Below are positions 1 through 13,247 of a stretch of 64,000 bases of DNA, in pieces. The stretch covers positions 682,001-746,000 of the forward strand of contig LSRY02000008.1 in NCBI GenBank assembly GCA_001643675.2. The letters run 5' to 3'. Numbering within the stretch: the first letter of the stretch is position 1; each line of letters opens with the position of its first letter. This DNA is from Monocercomonoides exilis PA203 (lineage: Eukaryota > Protista > Preaxostyla). The position numbers were made by a program, and so were the translations under genes. A model generated the notes under the pieces. It did no database searches. It had not been told where the DNA came from and saw only the letters and a program-made list of their open reading frames with translations.

Positions 1-547
1 ACTTGCAATTCAAAAAGAGAAAGAAAAAAAATTTAAAATATCACTTAGATTGACTAAAAAGAATAAATGATCCAAACAGATATGGAAATTGAACTTTAAA
101 AAACACTCAATTCATAATAATATATATTTCTGAGATTAGCTCCCTTCAAGAACCAAAATCGCCGAGTTAAAGACTTGAATTTTTGTTCTCAGTGAACAAT
201 CCAAGCTTCTTGTGCACTTGCAGAAGCATTGCTTATTTCAAAATGCATATGCATGAAAAATCAGCTGTAAGCTAAGAAGCCAAAATTTTGCATCTTTGCA
301 TGATTCAGAAGATTCCTTTAATAAGAATCGGTTTGAATTTTTAAAAAAACCCAAACCAGTAAGAAATATGGTGTCTTTCACTAAGACGCTGATTGATTTT
401 GGCAAACGCTTTATTCCATTCGCGTTTATTTCGCCATATGGGAAGATTGCTCGTTCAATGGCGAAAAGATTGGAATTCCAATAATTGAATCAAACAGCCC
501 GCAAGCTTTTTTTGGAAAAACTGTTTTCAACTCCAGAAATTGTACGC

Positions 548-994
548 TCACAACAATATCGCAGAGCGCAAAACCAGGAAAAACGAAATCCCAATGCCCC
601 AGGCCATCAGTATGTAGCCATCTGCTCCAATTTTGAAATACATAAAAGAAGATGCCAGAACAAGCCCTGCCAGAAGTAGAAAATAGATAAATTCAAATGC
701 GACATTATAAATGTTGAAACACACAAAATAGCAATAATTATATTTGTTTTAATTCTTTGGGAAATGATAGAATTTGATACCAATCAAAAAGCCGTAAACA
801 AAGCCTGACAGAGCGCCAATGCAAATGGCTACAATCACAAACACAAAGCCCCGCAATTTAAATGACCTGAAGCTGAAAAGGCTCGCAATAAAAAATGCAG
901 CAGAGGTGAATATCGTCGACCAGATACTTATTGCCAACCAAAGGTCGACTGTTTGATTAAACGTTTTATTCAGTTCATAGAAATGATGCTCCAT
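548..994 (-). CDS. Small 3-TM membrane protein, TMEM170-like (2 exons: 994-781, 666-548; 110 aa)
   Basis: ATG at 994. A GT..AG intron (780-667) joins MEHHFYEL..LWLAISIWSTIF..GALSGFVYGFLIG to LVLASSFMYFKIGADGYILMAWGIGISFFLVLRSAILL*. The size, three hydrophobic segments and W..W motif resemble TMEM170 (recognised by eye). Confidence 0.6.
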
Positions 995-1151
995 TAATCT
1001 GTATTTTTCCTCGGGTTTTATGCAAAATTGGAAAAAATTTTGAGAGAAAAATTTTTCTTTTTTTTCAAAATGGGATTATGCAAAAACCATCTGTATTCTT
1101 CATTTCTTTTTTTGCAAGAAGACAAATTCAGAAGTTTATAATGTGTCACTT

Positions 1152-1189
<38 letters not shown>

Positions 1190-1964
1190 TTTCGTTTTCA
1201 GGAAAAAATGACATATGAATATTCTCATGCAAAATTTTCAAATGAAACTTTTCAAAAATTTACAGAAATTTAATCTTTTCTTTCTCTTTCAATTCTCTTT
1301 TCCCTTTCCTTTCTCTCTTTCATTCTTTTTCTTTTGCTTTTTTTTTGAGAAAATTGAAGAAATTTTTAAATATGAAAAGATTCAAGCGAATAAAGAATTA
1401 TTTGAATAACAAAAGAAAACGAAAATGAAATTTCTCTCTCCAATCTCTTTTTTCTCGCAATTACTTCTCCTTTCGTTTCAGCATATTCTCCTTCTTTTGA
1501 CATATAAAAATAAAAACAAAACGATAAAATAATACAATACATATTTTATTCAAGTGAAAATATCAAAAATTTTCACGAAATACATAAAAAAATCATCATA
1601 TTAGAAGTGTTGAAAAGTTTTCCAAATGAATAAAGATATTATCAAAACTCTTCAAAACAAAAAGAGAAATCACTCTCCTTTATAAAAATTAAAAATTTGA
1701 CTTTATTTAATAAAATAGTTGAGAGAAAAGATTAAGCAAAAGTGAATTTGTATATAAGGTATGGAAGAAGAAATTCTTTGAATTGAATCCTAAATTTCTT
1801 GTTGAAGGATGGAAAAGTCCTTCGAAAAGGACAAAGACCAGCAAATATCATAAGAAATGTTGAACTGTGGTAAAACTGCATCTCAGATATTTGTATGTCA
1901 TCTGATTCAGATGAAAAATTGTGTTTCTTTCTGTCTCAGAAAGCAAACATTTAAAATGAAACAA

Positions 1965-4900
1965 TCAACCGTTCATCCAAGATGGTACCTCTGTGTCAAC
2001 ATGAATTCTCCAATGATCCCCCATGGTTTTTCCTTCCTTGTCTCTCATGACCGCATTGTGCCTCATCCACTCTGGTGGCTCTGTCTTGATGTTTCTAATC
2101 CAATGCATCGCCATTGTCCTTCCACTCTTGTCAGCAAGCGTGGCATCGTGTCTCATCCACACTGGAGGATCAGCTCTCACGCAAATAATAAAATACATTG
2201 CCATCGTCCATCCATCGTTGTCTGCAAGTGTTTTTTCATGCCTCATCCATTCTGGAGGTTCTGTTTTCGTATGTGTAATCCACAACATGGCCATTGTATT
2301 TCTATTGATATTCCCTAATGTTGCATCATGTCTCATCCATTCTGGAGGTTCTGTTATAACTTCTTGAATCCATTTCATTGCCATTGTCCATCCACAGTTA
2401 TCTTTATGTGTAATTTTGTGTCTCATCCATTCAGGCGGTTCTGTCTTCACATTCGCAATCCAGAACATAGCCATTGTCTGTCCTTCCTTGTCTACAACTT
2501 CATTGTTGTGTCTCATGCATTCTGGTGGTTCAGTTTTGACATGTTGAATCCACAGCATTGCCATTGTTTCTCCTTTCACGTCTGCAAGTGTTATATCGTG
2601 TCTCATCCACTTGGGTGGTTCTGTCTTGACATGAAAAATCCATATCATTGCCATTGTTGCTCCGTTATTGTTTCGAAGTGTGATGTCATGCCTCATCCAT
2701 TCTGGTGGGTCAGTTTGAACAAACTGAATCCATATCATGGCCATTGTGTATCCATTCTTATTTCCAAGTGAAATATCATGCCTCATCCATTCTGGTGGTT
2801 CTGCTTTGACATTTGCAATCCATATCATGGCCATTGTGAATCCGTTCTTTTTTCCAAGTGTTGTATCATGTCTCATCCATTCTGGTGGCTCTGTCTTCAT
2901 ACTCTCTATCCAATGCATAGCCATTGTCCATCCGTTATTGTTGCGAAGTGTAATGTCATGTCTCATCCATTCAGGTGGTTCTGTCTCGACAACAATAATC
3001 CATATCATGGCCATTGTGTATCCATTCTTATTTCCAAGTGAAATATCATGCCTCATCCATTCTGGTGGGTCAGTTTGAACAAATTGAATCCATATCATAG
3101 CCATAGTCCATCCGTCCTTATCTTTAAATGTAATGTCATGTCTCATCCATTCAGGTGGTTCTGCCTTGACAACAATAATCCATAGCATGGCCATTGTGAA
3201 TCCGTCCTTATTGCCAAGTGAAATATCATGCCTCATCCATTCTGGCGGTTCTGTATTCACATTTGCAATCCATTTCATTGCCATAGTACAGCCATACTTT
3301 TGAGAAAGTGTAGTATTATGTCTCATCCATTCTGGTGGTTCTGTTTTGACATTCTCAATCCATAGCATGGCCATTGTGAATCCGTCTTTATCAGCAAGTG
3401 AAATATCGTGTCTCATCCATTCTGGTGGTTCTGTTTTGACATTTGAAATCCATATCATAGCCATTGTTGATCCATAGTTGCTGAGAAGTGAAATATCGTG
3501 TCTCATCCATTCTGGCGGTTCTGTTTTGACTTCTTGAATCCATATCATAGCCATTGTTGCTCCATTATTGTTGCAAAGTGTAATGTCATGTCTCATCCAT
3601 TTCGGTGGATCGGTTTGAACAAGCTGAATCCATAGCATGGCCATTGTTGATCCAAAATAGGTGCGCAATGTAATGTCGTGTCTCATCCATTCTGGAGGTT
3701 CTGTATTCACATTTTGAATCCACTTTATCGCCATTGTCCAACCATCTTTCAGAGAAAGTGCGATATCATGTCTCATCCATTCTGGTGGTTCTGCCTTGAC
3801 AACAATAATCCATAGCATGGCCATTGTGAATCCGTCCTTATTGCCAAGTGAAATATCATGCCTCATCCATTCTGGCGGTTCTGTATTCACATTTGCAATC
3901 CATTTCATTGCCATAGTACAGCCATTCTTATTAGCAAGTGTAGTATTATGTCTCATCCATTCTGGTGGTTCTGTTTTGACATTCTCAATCCATAGCATGG
4001 CCATTGTGAATCCGTCTTTATCAGCAAGTGAAATATCGTGTCTCATCCATTCCGGTGGTTCTGTTTTGACAACTATAATCCATATCAATGCAATAGTCCA
4101 GCCATCCTTTTGAGAAAGTGTAGCATTATGTCTCATCCATTTGGGAGGTTCTGTTTGGATAAACTGAATCCATATCATGGCCATTGTGAATCCGTTCTTT
4201 TTTCCAAGTGTTGTATCATGTCTCATCCATTCTGGTGGCTCTGTCTTCATACTCTCTATCCACAACATAGCCATTGTTGCTCCGTTATTGTTGCAAAGTG
4301 TGATGTCGTGTCTCATCCATTTTGGTGGTTCTGTTTTGATGTCTTGAATCCATATCATTGCCATTGTCCAGCCATCCTTTTGACTTAGTTTAAAATCATG
4401 TCTCACCCATTCCGGAGGCTCTGCCTTAATATCTTGAATCCAACACATAGCCATTGTAAATCCTCTCTTATTACCAAGTGCATCATCATGCCTCATCCAT
4501 TCTGGGGGTTCTGTTTGGATTTCTTGAATCCATATCATCGCCATCGTCCATCCATCCTTATCAGCAAGTGTAATATCATGTCTCATCCATTCTGGAGGTT
4601 CTGTCTTCATACTCTCTATCCACAACATAGCCATTGTTGCTCCGTTATTGTTGCAAAGTGTGACGTCATGTCTCATCCACAGTGGAGGATCTGTTTTGAT
4701 GATTGCAATCCATATCATTGCCATTGTTGACTCATAATTATTGCGGAGCGTGATGTCATGTCTCATCCATTCTGGAGGTTCTGTTTGAACAACTTGAATC
4801 CACAACATAGCCATTGTGCATCCATTGTTATCTTTATGTGTAATATCGTGCCTCATCCATTCCGGTGGATCGTTTTGAACAAACCGAATCCACAGCATGG

Positions 4901-5498
4901 CCATAGTGAATCCTTCCTTATCAGCAAGTGCAACATTGTGTCTCATCCATTTCGGTGGTTCTGTTTTGACATTATAAATCCACCTCATCGCCGTTGTTTC
5001 ACCAAAATTGTTGCAAAGTGTGATGTTATGTCTCATCCATTCTGGTGGCTCTGTCTTCACATATTTGATCCACAACATAGCCAATGTCCGTCCGACCTTA
5101 TCTGCAAACGTATTGCTATGTCTCATCCATTCTGGTGGCTCTGTTTTTCTCTCCTCGATCCACTTCATCGACAACGTCCTCCCATCCTTGTCGGAAAGTG
5201 CAATATCATGCCTCATCCATTCTGGAGGTTCTGTATTCACATTTGCAATCCATATCATCGCCATAGTACAGCCATCCTTCTGAGTTAGTGTAATATCGTG
5301 TCTCATCCATTCTGGCGGTTCTGTCTTCACTAAATGAATCCATTTCATCGCCATTGTAAATCCGTCCTTATTGGCAAGTGCAGCATCATGTCTCATCCAT
5401 TCCGGTGGCTCAGTTTTATTCTCCATGATCCAATTCATGGCCTTTGTCCATCCAATAAAATCTTTCTTTGGTTTTAAAGAACCAGCTTTGTTTCCCAT
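1965..5498 (-). CDS. 30-aa tandem-repeat (ankyrin-like) protein, 1177 aa, 39 units, possible N-myristoylation (MGNKAGS)
   Basis: Uninterrupted intronless ORF. Consensus GxTMAMxWIxxVKTEPPEWMRHDITLxDKD repeats at an exact 90-bp period, and DKDGxT resembles the ankyrin beta-turn/TPLH start. Confidence 0.92.
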   Translation of the reverse strand: MGNKAGSLKPKKDFIGWTKAMNWIMENKTEPPEWMRHDAALANKDGFTMAMKWIHLVKTEPPEWMRHDITLTQKDGCTMAMIWIANVNTEPPEWMRHDIALSDKDGRTLSMKWIEERKTEPPEWMRHSNTFADKVGRTLAMLWIKYVKTEPPEWMRHNITLCNNFGETTAMRWIYNVKTEPPKWMRHNVALADKEGFTMAMLWIRFVQNDPPEWMRHDITHKDNNGCTMAMLWIQVVQTEPPEWMRHDITLRNNYESTMAMIWIAIIKTDPPLWMRHDVTLCNNNGATMAMLWIESMKTEPPEWMRHDITLADKDGWTMAMIWIQEIQTEPPEWMRHDDALGNKRGFTMAMCWIQDIKAEPPEWVRHDFKLSQKDGWTMAMIWIQDIKTEPPKWMRHDITLCNNNGATMAMLWIESMKTEPPEWMRHDTTLGKKNGFTMAMIWIQFIQTEPPKWMRHNATLSQKDGWTIALIWIIVVKTEPPEWMRHDISLADKDGFTMAMLWIENVKTEPPEWMRHNTTLANKNGCTMAMKWIANVNTEPPEWMRHDISLGNKDGFTMAMLWIIVVKAEPPEWMRHDIALSLKDGWTMAIKWIQNVNTEPPEWMRHDITLRTYFGSTMAMLWIQLVQTDPPKWMRHDITLCNNNGATMAMIWIQEVKTEPPEWMRHDISLLSNYGSTMAMIWISNVKTEPPEWMRHDISLADKDGFTMAMLWIENVKTEPPEWMRHNTTLSQKYGCTMAMKWIANVNTEPPEWMRHDISLGNKDGFTMAMLWIIVVKAEPPEWMRHDITFKDKDGWTMAMIWIQFVQTDPPEWMRHDISLGNKNGYTMAMIWIIVVETEPPEWMRHDITLRNNNGWTMAMHWIESMKTEPPEWMRHDTTLGKKNGFTMAMIWIANVKAEPPEWMRHDISLGNKNGYTMAMIWIQFVQTDPPEWMRHDITLRNNNGATMAMIWIFHVKTEPPKWMRHDITLADVKGETMAMLWIQHVKTEPPECMRHNNEVVDKEGQTMAMFWIANVKTEPPEWMRHKITHKDNCGWTMAMKWIQEVITEPPEWMRHDATLGNINRNTMAMLWITHTKTEPPEWMRHEKTLADNDGWTMAMYFIICVRADPPVWMRHDATLADKSGRTMAMHWIRNIKTEPPEWMRHNAVMRDKEGKTMGDHWRIHVDTEVPSWMNG

Positions 5499-6284
5499 TT
5501 CCTTGTTATTTTTGAATAAACAGGCAATTTCTTGTTGCTTGCAAACAAGTGATTCAACAAATATGTTTGATCTTTCAAAAATTCTGTTTTATTATGGGTC
5601 TTTCCCAATATTTCGAATAATAAACAACACATAATGAAACAATTAATTCAATAAGAATGAGACTAAATTATTAGTTAAAATAATGTCAAGGTCACGTCAA
5701 ATTTTCTATAAAACACTTATTTTGTTGGAAGTTTCAAATTTTATGTCGAAAATGAAACATAATTGTTTAAAAATTAATTAGAAATTTTTTATCGGTTTTT
5801 AAAAAAATAATAATATGAAAAGAATATTAATGATTTAGCCATACACAAAGCATAAATTAAAGTATTAACATTTTTTTACCTTTTTTAATTTAACAATTAA
5901 GGTGACAAATAATAAAAAGATATTCTGTAATTTTTTCACAAAAAGAGAGGGGATAAAATGTATTATCCCACTTTTAAAAAAATCCGATATGAGACAATAT
6001 AACGATTGTGAAAATGTGAGTAGCAGAGATGAAATATGAAATGTGAAGATAACAATAATTATGAAGAATCCATTGAAAAAAATATTGAAAATTTTGAAAT
6101 AAAAGCACTTTTCGTGGATGAGTTCATATCTGGAAAACATAAATATGATGGAATTTTCCTGCATCGGAACAGAGAGTGAAAATGGGGATATTTTTGTGTG
6201 TTTGAGAGCATGAAAGTTTCGTGAACGCTCACAAATAATAACAGCTGAGAAATGTTTAACTAAAGTTTTCCAGTTGAATTCAAA

Positions 6285-6665
6285 ATGATGAGCCTCCAGT
6301 TCATTTCGTGCTCAGCGGTGTCGAATGGTAGAGGAATGGTGTTGTATCCAGACCAATCAACAGCCTTTTGTTACAATTGTTATTACTATTTCTTATTCTT
6401 CCACGATTGCAGATGTAGTAATTTCACTCCATATGGCTATGAAGTGTATTTTCGAAATGACTATATACTCTTCTCATCAAACAATCCTTTCAGTGATTCT
6501 TATTCAACGAAAAACAATAATGCTTGAGTGATCTGTTCTTATTATGGTTATCTGCGTACAGAAAAGAAGGATTGTCTTAAAGAAGGGATGAAGGATTGGT
6601 ATGTTGGTGTGAGTGGAAGTGACACGAGCAATCTATGTGGGATCAGTGAGTCTGCTCCGTGAGAG
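6285..6665 (+). pseudogene. Decayed fragment of a Cys-rich/beta-helix surface protein gene
   Basis: The translation includes FFHDCRCSN..NNPFSDSYST and KEGMKDWYVGVSGSDTSNLCGISESAP (DxxxxCG..P motif), broken by stops and frameshifts. Confidence 0.45.
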
Positions 6666-9119
6666 ATTGTGTGGAATGATCAGATCGGAAAAAATCAAAA
6701 AGGAACCAATCATCAAGAGTATAAATGGAATTACTCTGGAGTTAACAGGAAGATCATAGCAGAAGAGTTCTCCTATCCAATACAAATCCATTTTTATTTA
6801 CCACTCTCTTTTAAAGCATGCTCTCCTCCTTTGCCATTTTCGCAGTCTCGCTTTGATTGCATGGGCTGCTCATTGGCTGAACAGTTCAAGACATGCACTT
6901 CCATTTCAGCTGCCAGAGATGGAATTACTACCTCTGTTCAAACATTACATATTCCTCTGTCTTCAAATAGATCGTACTGTTCCTCTCCCTCTCCCACTTC
7001 TACTTCTTCTTCTTCCCATCCTCCTTTTTTTTCTTTATTCTCTTCTTCGTCACAATTTCCATCAATGTTTTATCCAACTTCTCCGGGTGTACATCTGAAT
7101 TGCTTTCCTCTTCCCCAGAGGCGCATTCCGCTCTGCTTTATCGTTTCGAACGACATCCATGGCAGGATGTTCAGAATGAGTTGAAAGGAGTGGATGGGAA
7201 ATGCACAGGGGCTATCAGGTGCAAAGCGCTCGTTCTCTCGTTTTTCAACACCGCTTAGAAACGAAGAGAGACGAGAGCATGTTCAAATAGAAGAGGCAAA
7301 GAAGCTGGATTTCAGATGCAAATTGAGTGCAGAGGAGAGGAAAGGGAGGCGGTTGGAAGGGCCACATGCGAAGATGAAGACGAAAGAGAAAGACGAGTAT
7401 CACACATCTCAATTGAAGCTTTCGACACAAGGTTTCCACAGGCATCAACAGAAAGGAGGAAGAGGGATTGGGGATGAAAATAAGGATGTGATGATGAAGA
7501 CTTACATCAGCAGACATTTCATCCGCTCGTTGGTTCACTGTCATCCACTTTGTTGCACACTCCACACTTCACAGCTTCCTCAACATTTACCACTCCTCCT
7601 TTTTCTCCCTTGCCGCACACACTATTATCTGCACCTTCTATTCTTGTTGGAACTCCACTGAAGCCACTCGCACATTTATCTCCCGCCACAGACTTTTGTT
7701 CACTCACACAGAAGTTCCTGCTCATTACAAGCTGTTGCTCCACCTCTTCTTCTTCCTCCCGGCTTTTTTTTTCATATTTTTTTCCAATATCCTCAACAAA
7801 TGTTTTATTCGTTTGTGTTGTTACTCAAAAGGATAAATATCATTTCAAACTTGAAAATGAAAAGAAAAGGCAGTTATTCAAAGTCTGCCAATGAGTAACA
7901 GATGTTAATATTCGTTGATAAATAACAGATAATCAGGCACATTATTTGGATTTCTATTTTTAAGTCAACTTGAACTGCATGATTCAGATAAGACGTTTTC
8001 ATTTTTTAAAAACACCATTGCATTAAGCCTTTGAATCATTCACTTCACAAATTCCATAGGATAATTAATGAAATTCTCAATCACTTCGTCATCTTCTTCT
8101 CCTTCACCATCTTTGACGATTCTCTTGCTTTATGCTCGAACAGACCATCTGCCTTCTGATTCATTTATGCATTTCATTCAACAGAGCCACATTATTGAAT
8201 AAAAAATTATTTCTTCTCATTTCTTCCCAATAGTCAGTTACTGATGGAATCTTAATTTCATTTTTTATTCAAAATTTTGATGATGAAATAAAAGGAAATA
8301 TGGAAAAAATGATTTCATTTCAATTGTTTTCTTCAACATCTCCTCCTTTGATAAGCTGCATAATTATAAAAATATGCACTTCATTCAACTGCCTTCGACT
8401 TCGGCTCAAGGCATCATCTTTTATGCTATTCTTAAAATAAAAGCGTATATCTATTCTATTACAAAAAGTCAGCCGAAATTAAAGAACAATAGAAGTGATT
8501 TTGAGTTGATCAAAGCTGATCAGTTAGGGAAAAATCAAAAAAGGAGGGCGATTTTGACTTTTTTATTTGGAAGATGAAAGAAGCGCAGATCAAAAAGAAA
8601 GAGTGTTAGAGCAATTTTTTCATGAAATGGACGAGTTCCAAAATAGATTTTTTACAGATTACACTTCTTCAAAATTGCAGAAGGCTGTGGAAAATGAAAT
8701 GATGAAAGGAACAGAATTAATACGTCATTCATATTTAATGGAAAATTCAATGAAACATCCGAATTTCGAGCAGACATGCGAAGATTAATCCATCAAAAGT
8801 GTATTTGAGTCAATTTCTAATTTTTTGTGTTTGTGCCTTCTCTTCAAATTTCTTCGACTTTGCCTTCTTTTGCACATAAATTCACCGACAAGTCAGCTGA
8901 TGAAATGATTTCTGCCTTATGATCTGCACCTTCTCCAGAAGACACATCGCATTTTGTGTCCTCTTGCAGGACATCTTTGATAGTCAGCAACACATTGCTT
9001 TGATACCAAGATGACTATCCACATATTCATTGTCAGCTGTGTGTACATCGAGAAATATAAACAAATCGACATTACAGTTGCTTCTGTTCTGTCATGTCCA
9101 ACAACCGAGTTGTCTTTCT

Positions 9120-9530
9120 GAGTGATGCTTATCATGAAGGCGAACAAGGGTTCCTTCACGGAAGCGACAAATGATTCACACAAAATACACATCTCTTCCG
9201 ACACTCGCCTTGTTGGATGAAAACACGATATTGGTGATGGAAAAGGTTGCGGATGACACTCCTGAATCATCCTTGTGCTCTATCATGAGAGCTCCACCTC
9301 TTCCTCCAGAATTTATATCCTCGCTCACACAGCAGGTGGAGAAGGTGGAATTCCTCACCAAAAATGCATTGTCAGAGACGGATGAGGCGAATGAGATGCA
9401 CCCGCCATCTGTGGCGGTCTGTTGGTGTTGTGGAGCTGAGTTGATGTTGGTAATGGTGCAGTTGGTGAGGGAGATGGAAAGGAGACAGGTGAATGAGAGA
9501 AGAGAGGTGATTGAACCTTCAGTTTGAAAG
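9120..9530 (-). pseudogene. Decayed fragment of a GGA-motif beta-helix surface protein gene
   Basis: Minus-strand translation TNCTITNINS..DGGCISF..NSTFSTCCVS..GGRGGALMI..FSSNKASVGRDVYFV*, with an internal stop. Confidence 0.5.
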
Positions 9531-10484
9531 AAGAAAATGAAGAAAAGGAAGAAAGAAGAGTTTATTCAGATAGAGCGAAAAGAAGACTTCACGTGTCTTG
9601 GAAGTGATTTCTGATTAATAATAAACAGAAAAGGGATTCGAATAATTTTGGAGTGTAAAAGATGAATGAAAAATAGCTGTTGATGGAAAAGGAAGCAAGA
9701 TAGATTTGAAATCAGGAGAATATAGAAAGATATATGAAATTTATGTTTTTATTGTTCCTATTGCCATTCGTATCTCAGACGTTTTATACATCATTTTCTG
9801 ATTCGATTTAGCTTCACATCTGGACTGAATACTTAGAAATGAAGTTTCAGCTGAAGAAGAAAGAAAAAAAACATTTCTTTTTCAATAGAAAGATACAAAA
9901 TTTCATATTTATGTATCTTTCAAACTCTTTCATCATATTTTCTTCGAAAAGCATTGTTCAACATGTTTATCATCTTTCATTTTATCTTTTTGATGAGTTT
10001 GTTATTATTTCTTTTGATATTTTCACACTATTTTTTAAATTTGATAAGAAATATTCTAATAACTCTCAAAAAATAAACAAGGAATGCTTGTTTGTTATTT
10101 ATATTACTAATGGAAAAGTGAATTATGTGTTCATTTTGAATAATTGGACATGTCAAAAAAATTAAAACTTTGATTTTTTTTGTTATTTGTGTTAGAAAAG
10201 GCGATATTTTGGTGAAAACGAAAAAATGAATGAAAGGTGATGGAAAATGTTCCTAATTATCTGTTAATATTCATCATTCAATAACAAAATATTTTCAATT
10301 ATTTTTGTTTTTTTCACAAAAAACAATTATTGACAAGTTTTTGGATACAAAATTTTGAATAAAACAATTTCGATTTTCAAAATTATTTGTCGAATATTTT
10401 GGATTTTTCTTCACATCAACAAACAATTCTGATTATTTATTCAAATAGATCGACAAAGCCCATTAATTGAGCTCTGTTATAAAT

Positions 10485-11864
10485 ATGATAAAGAGCTGCG
10501 AATCAACAAATTCTCTAACGAAAGAAATGTTTTCTAAAATGGATTCTGCTGAAGAAGAACAAAGTTTGATGAGAGAAGAGATGAATGAAATGCTAAAGAA
10601 TATGGATAAAGAAGAATTGAAGCTATTTTTCTCGAAAGAAGAATTCGATGAAGATTACAAATTGATAGAATTAAAACAGTGTCCTTTTGAAAAAGCTCTA
10701 ATGTTACTGAAGCATGCTGGATTCGAGAATGCGAAAGAATTTAGAGACCGCCATATTTTTACGGATGATTCCTTGAAGAAAAGATTTGAGAGGATGATTG
10801 CTGAAGAGGGAAAGAAAATAGAGGGAAAGGATGAGAAATTGTTGACTGATCTTTGTGAATGCTATATTTTTTGGATCAGAGCATATGAAATGATTGGAGA
10901 TGATCTGCTGGTGATTTGCGTGCGTTGTCTTTTGACAGCTGCATTAAACAACGAGGAAAGCGAGGAAATTCATAAAGAAGTGGAAATGGCTTTCCTTGCG
11001 TTAAGTTACATTGGAGAATATAGTGTATGAGAACCGCCAACTTCATTTTATTTTTTATTTATTCTCTCTCTTTTTTTTCAGGATGTTCCAGAAGAATTGT
11101 ATTTTATGGAAATGATAAAAATCATACAGTATCATCAAGAACATGAAAATCTTACTCGCCTTGCTTACCAGTCGGCTTGGGAGTTTTTGATCAACAGATT
11201 ACAAAAAAACAAAAATTTGGAAAAAGTCATCGTGAATGAGCTGCATTTTGTGAAGGAAGCAACAAGAGAACTGAAAGGGCTGACAAGAAGTGTGGATTGG
11301 AAGATAAAAGATGAAGACAAAAGAGGGAAAGATAAAGAAGAAACGATGATGATAAAGAGGTGGGTGAGTGTGTTGCAGTCTAATTTTTACTCATGCGAGT
11401 TGTGGGGTGAAGAGCATGTTGAGCTTGTCAGGAGCATTGTTCAGATATTTCGAGCAGGAAATGAATGTGATAGAGAAGTCGGTGATACGTGTGTTGATAC
11501 ATTGACATGGGCAACATTTAACAGAGCTGTGAATATTTATGATCTGCTGAAAAATGGTGCAGCTGAAGTTGTTTTTTCGAAAATGAACAGTACAAATAAA
11601 AAATTCTTGATAATCGATGATTGCGAGCGCTTTTTCAAGAATGTCTGTGAAAGATTGAATGAGAAGACAGAGAGCGAAGGAGAAAGAGAAAGAGAAAGTG
11701 AAAGTGAAAAGGCAAAACGAAAAGAGACGAAAAAAAAAGTGATTGAAAAGATGGAAGAGGAAGGCTATGAAGATTGCATTGTCAAGATGCGCTATTTCAA
11801 AACTGTTGGGGTATTTGGTGACCATTTGTTGATTAAAAACATTGAAGATTATTATCTTTGGTGA
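10485..11864 (+). CDS. Uncharacterised lineage-expanded alpha-helical protein (family B, copy 1; intron 11025-11081)
   Basis: Two ORFs join in frame via a GTATGA..TTTCAG intron. It is a clear paralog of 38897-40317 (LLxDLCEC, EVEMAxxAL, NLTxLAYQSxWxFLI, EKxEEEG[YF]E). Confidence 0.75.
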
Positions 11865-13247
11865 TGAATCATATGTTTACATAATTTTGTTCATTTTTTT
11901 ATTTTATTTTATTTTATTTTACTTTCTCTCTCTTTTTTTTAATTCAGACTTTTAATCGTAAATTGTGAGAGTTACAAAGATTTCTTTTGTCATTCCTCTA
12001 TAAAGTTAATTATTTTATTCTTTGGCAGGTGTTTTGCGATCATCTCTAACGATTCTGTTATTTATTGGAGATTTATTTGCTTCATTTTGATTTTGAAAGC
12101 TTTTTGAAAGAGAAATCAACAATTTAATTTGTCGATTTCGGTTATTTTTGTTGTTGTTTCTATGAATTGTGATGCAGGAATTATTCAAAAAGCAAGCATT
12201 CTCTTTTTGTTGAGTTTTTTTCGTTTTCATTTCTATTTCTCAAATAATCTGTGAAAGTGGTGTTTGCATTTTTTTTTAATAAAATAATTTCTTTTTAAAC
12301 AAGCTTTTCCACAGGCAGAATTCCATGGCATCTGACACTTTTCATCAGTCTGTTCATTTTTCTAATAAAATGAAAAAAATAAAATAAAATAAAATAAAAT
12401 AAACTCAAAATTCATTCAGATGAAAACAATTTGTCCTTCTCATTGACTCATCTCAATCCTCTTTTTCATGGAAAATAAAATGACAAAAATTGAAATGCAT
12501 ATCAAAAAAAAGAAATGTTCCTTTTCAACAGTTATTTCTTCCCCTTCTGAATTAAAAAAAAAAAAAAAAATGGATTGATTGAGAACTTCTGTTTTTGCCA
12601 AATTGTGAGTGCCAAAACAATCTGAGCTGTCCTGTTCTGTTCTGCCTGCCACGTCGTGTGTCAATCCTGAATGAACAACAAAAGCAGAGGAATTGTGACT
12701 GAATACACAGCAAAATTTGATGCAGCTGGAAGACTGTTGAGTCGGCTGTGCAAGCCGAAGAAGGAGAGGGAAGCATCGACAGAAACAGACCATCCAATTC
12801 ATCGTCCATTTCGAAGGAGAAAGAGAAAGAGCAGATGCAATGGCACAGACACTGCAAATGTCACACATGTCACACATGTCTTTTTTGGAGAGCAGAAAGC
12901 AGTGAGTCGATTGCTTTCCTTTGCAGCTTGTTGAGCTGAGCTGTCTGTTGCAGCTGAACTGGCTGTGCTTGTGTGTGGCTGAGAGAAAGCAAAGGCTGAG
13001 GCATCGAAGCTTTCTGCAACAAAGTCGGTCGTCTCACATCATTTTGAGTTTGTCTTTGGCTTCTGAATGTCCCTTGCTTTGCTCCGACATCGTTCACTTT
13101 CTGTTGTTTCTGTTTCTGTTGCTATTGTATCAAAAATATCTTCTTTCTCATCTTCCCTCTTTTCCTCTTGCTTTTCTTTTTCCACCTCCACGTCTCTGTA
13201 ATCAACTGGAATGTGCACAAAAAGCTGTGTTTTTCCCATCCCTTCCT

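Noticed and set aside
130-484. Open frames on both strands at the window start
   Set aside because: Could be a terminal exon of a gene outside the window, but strand and product cannot be determined.
1965-5498. CRISPR-like appearance of regularly spaced TCTCATCCATTCTGG repeats
   Set aside because: The period is exactly 90 bp within an open reading frame, the 'spacers' are homologous to each other, there are no cas genes, and the context is eukaryotic.
1857-5634. Numerous antisense ORFs (SHPFW.., CLIHSGGSV..) over the repeat genes, also at 15.6-17.5, 31.6-32.3 and 51-52.3 kb
   Set aside because: Shadow frames of the 90-bp coding repeats, fragmented by stops.
7950-8800. Possible hAT transposase remnant (YWEE..NVAL) and adjacent short ORFs
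   Set aside because: The motif match is too weak and fragmented, and no TIRs were found.
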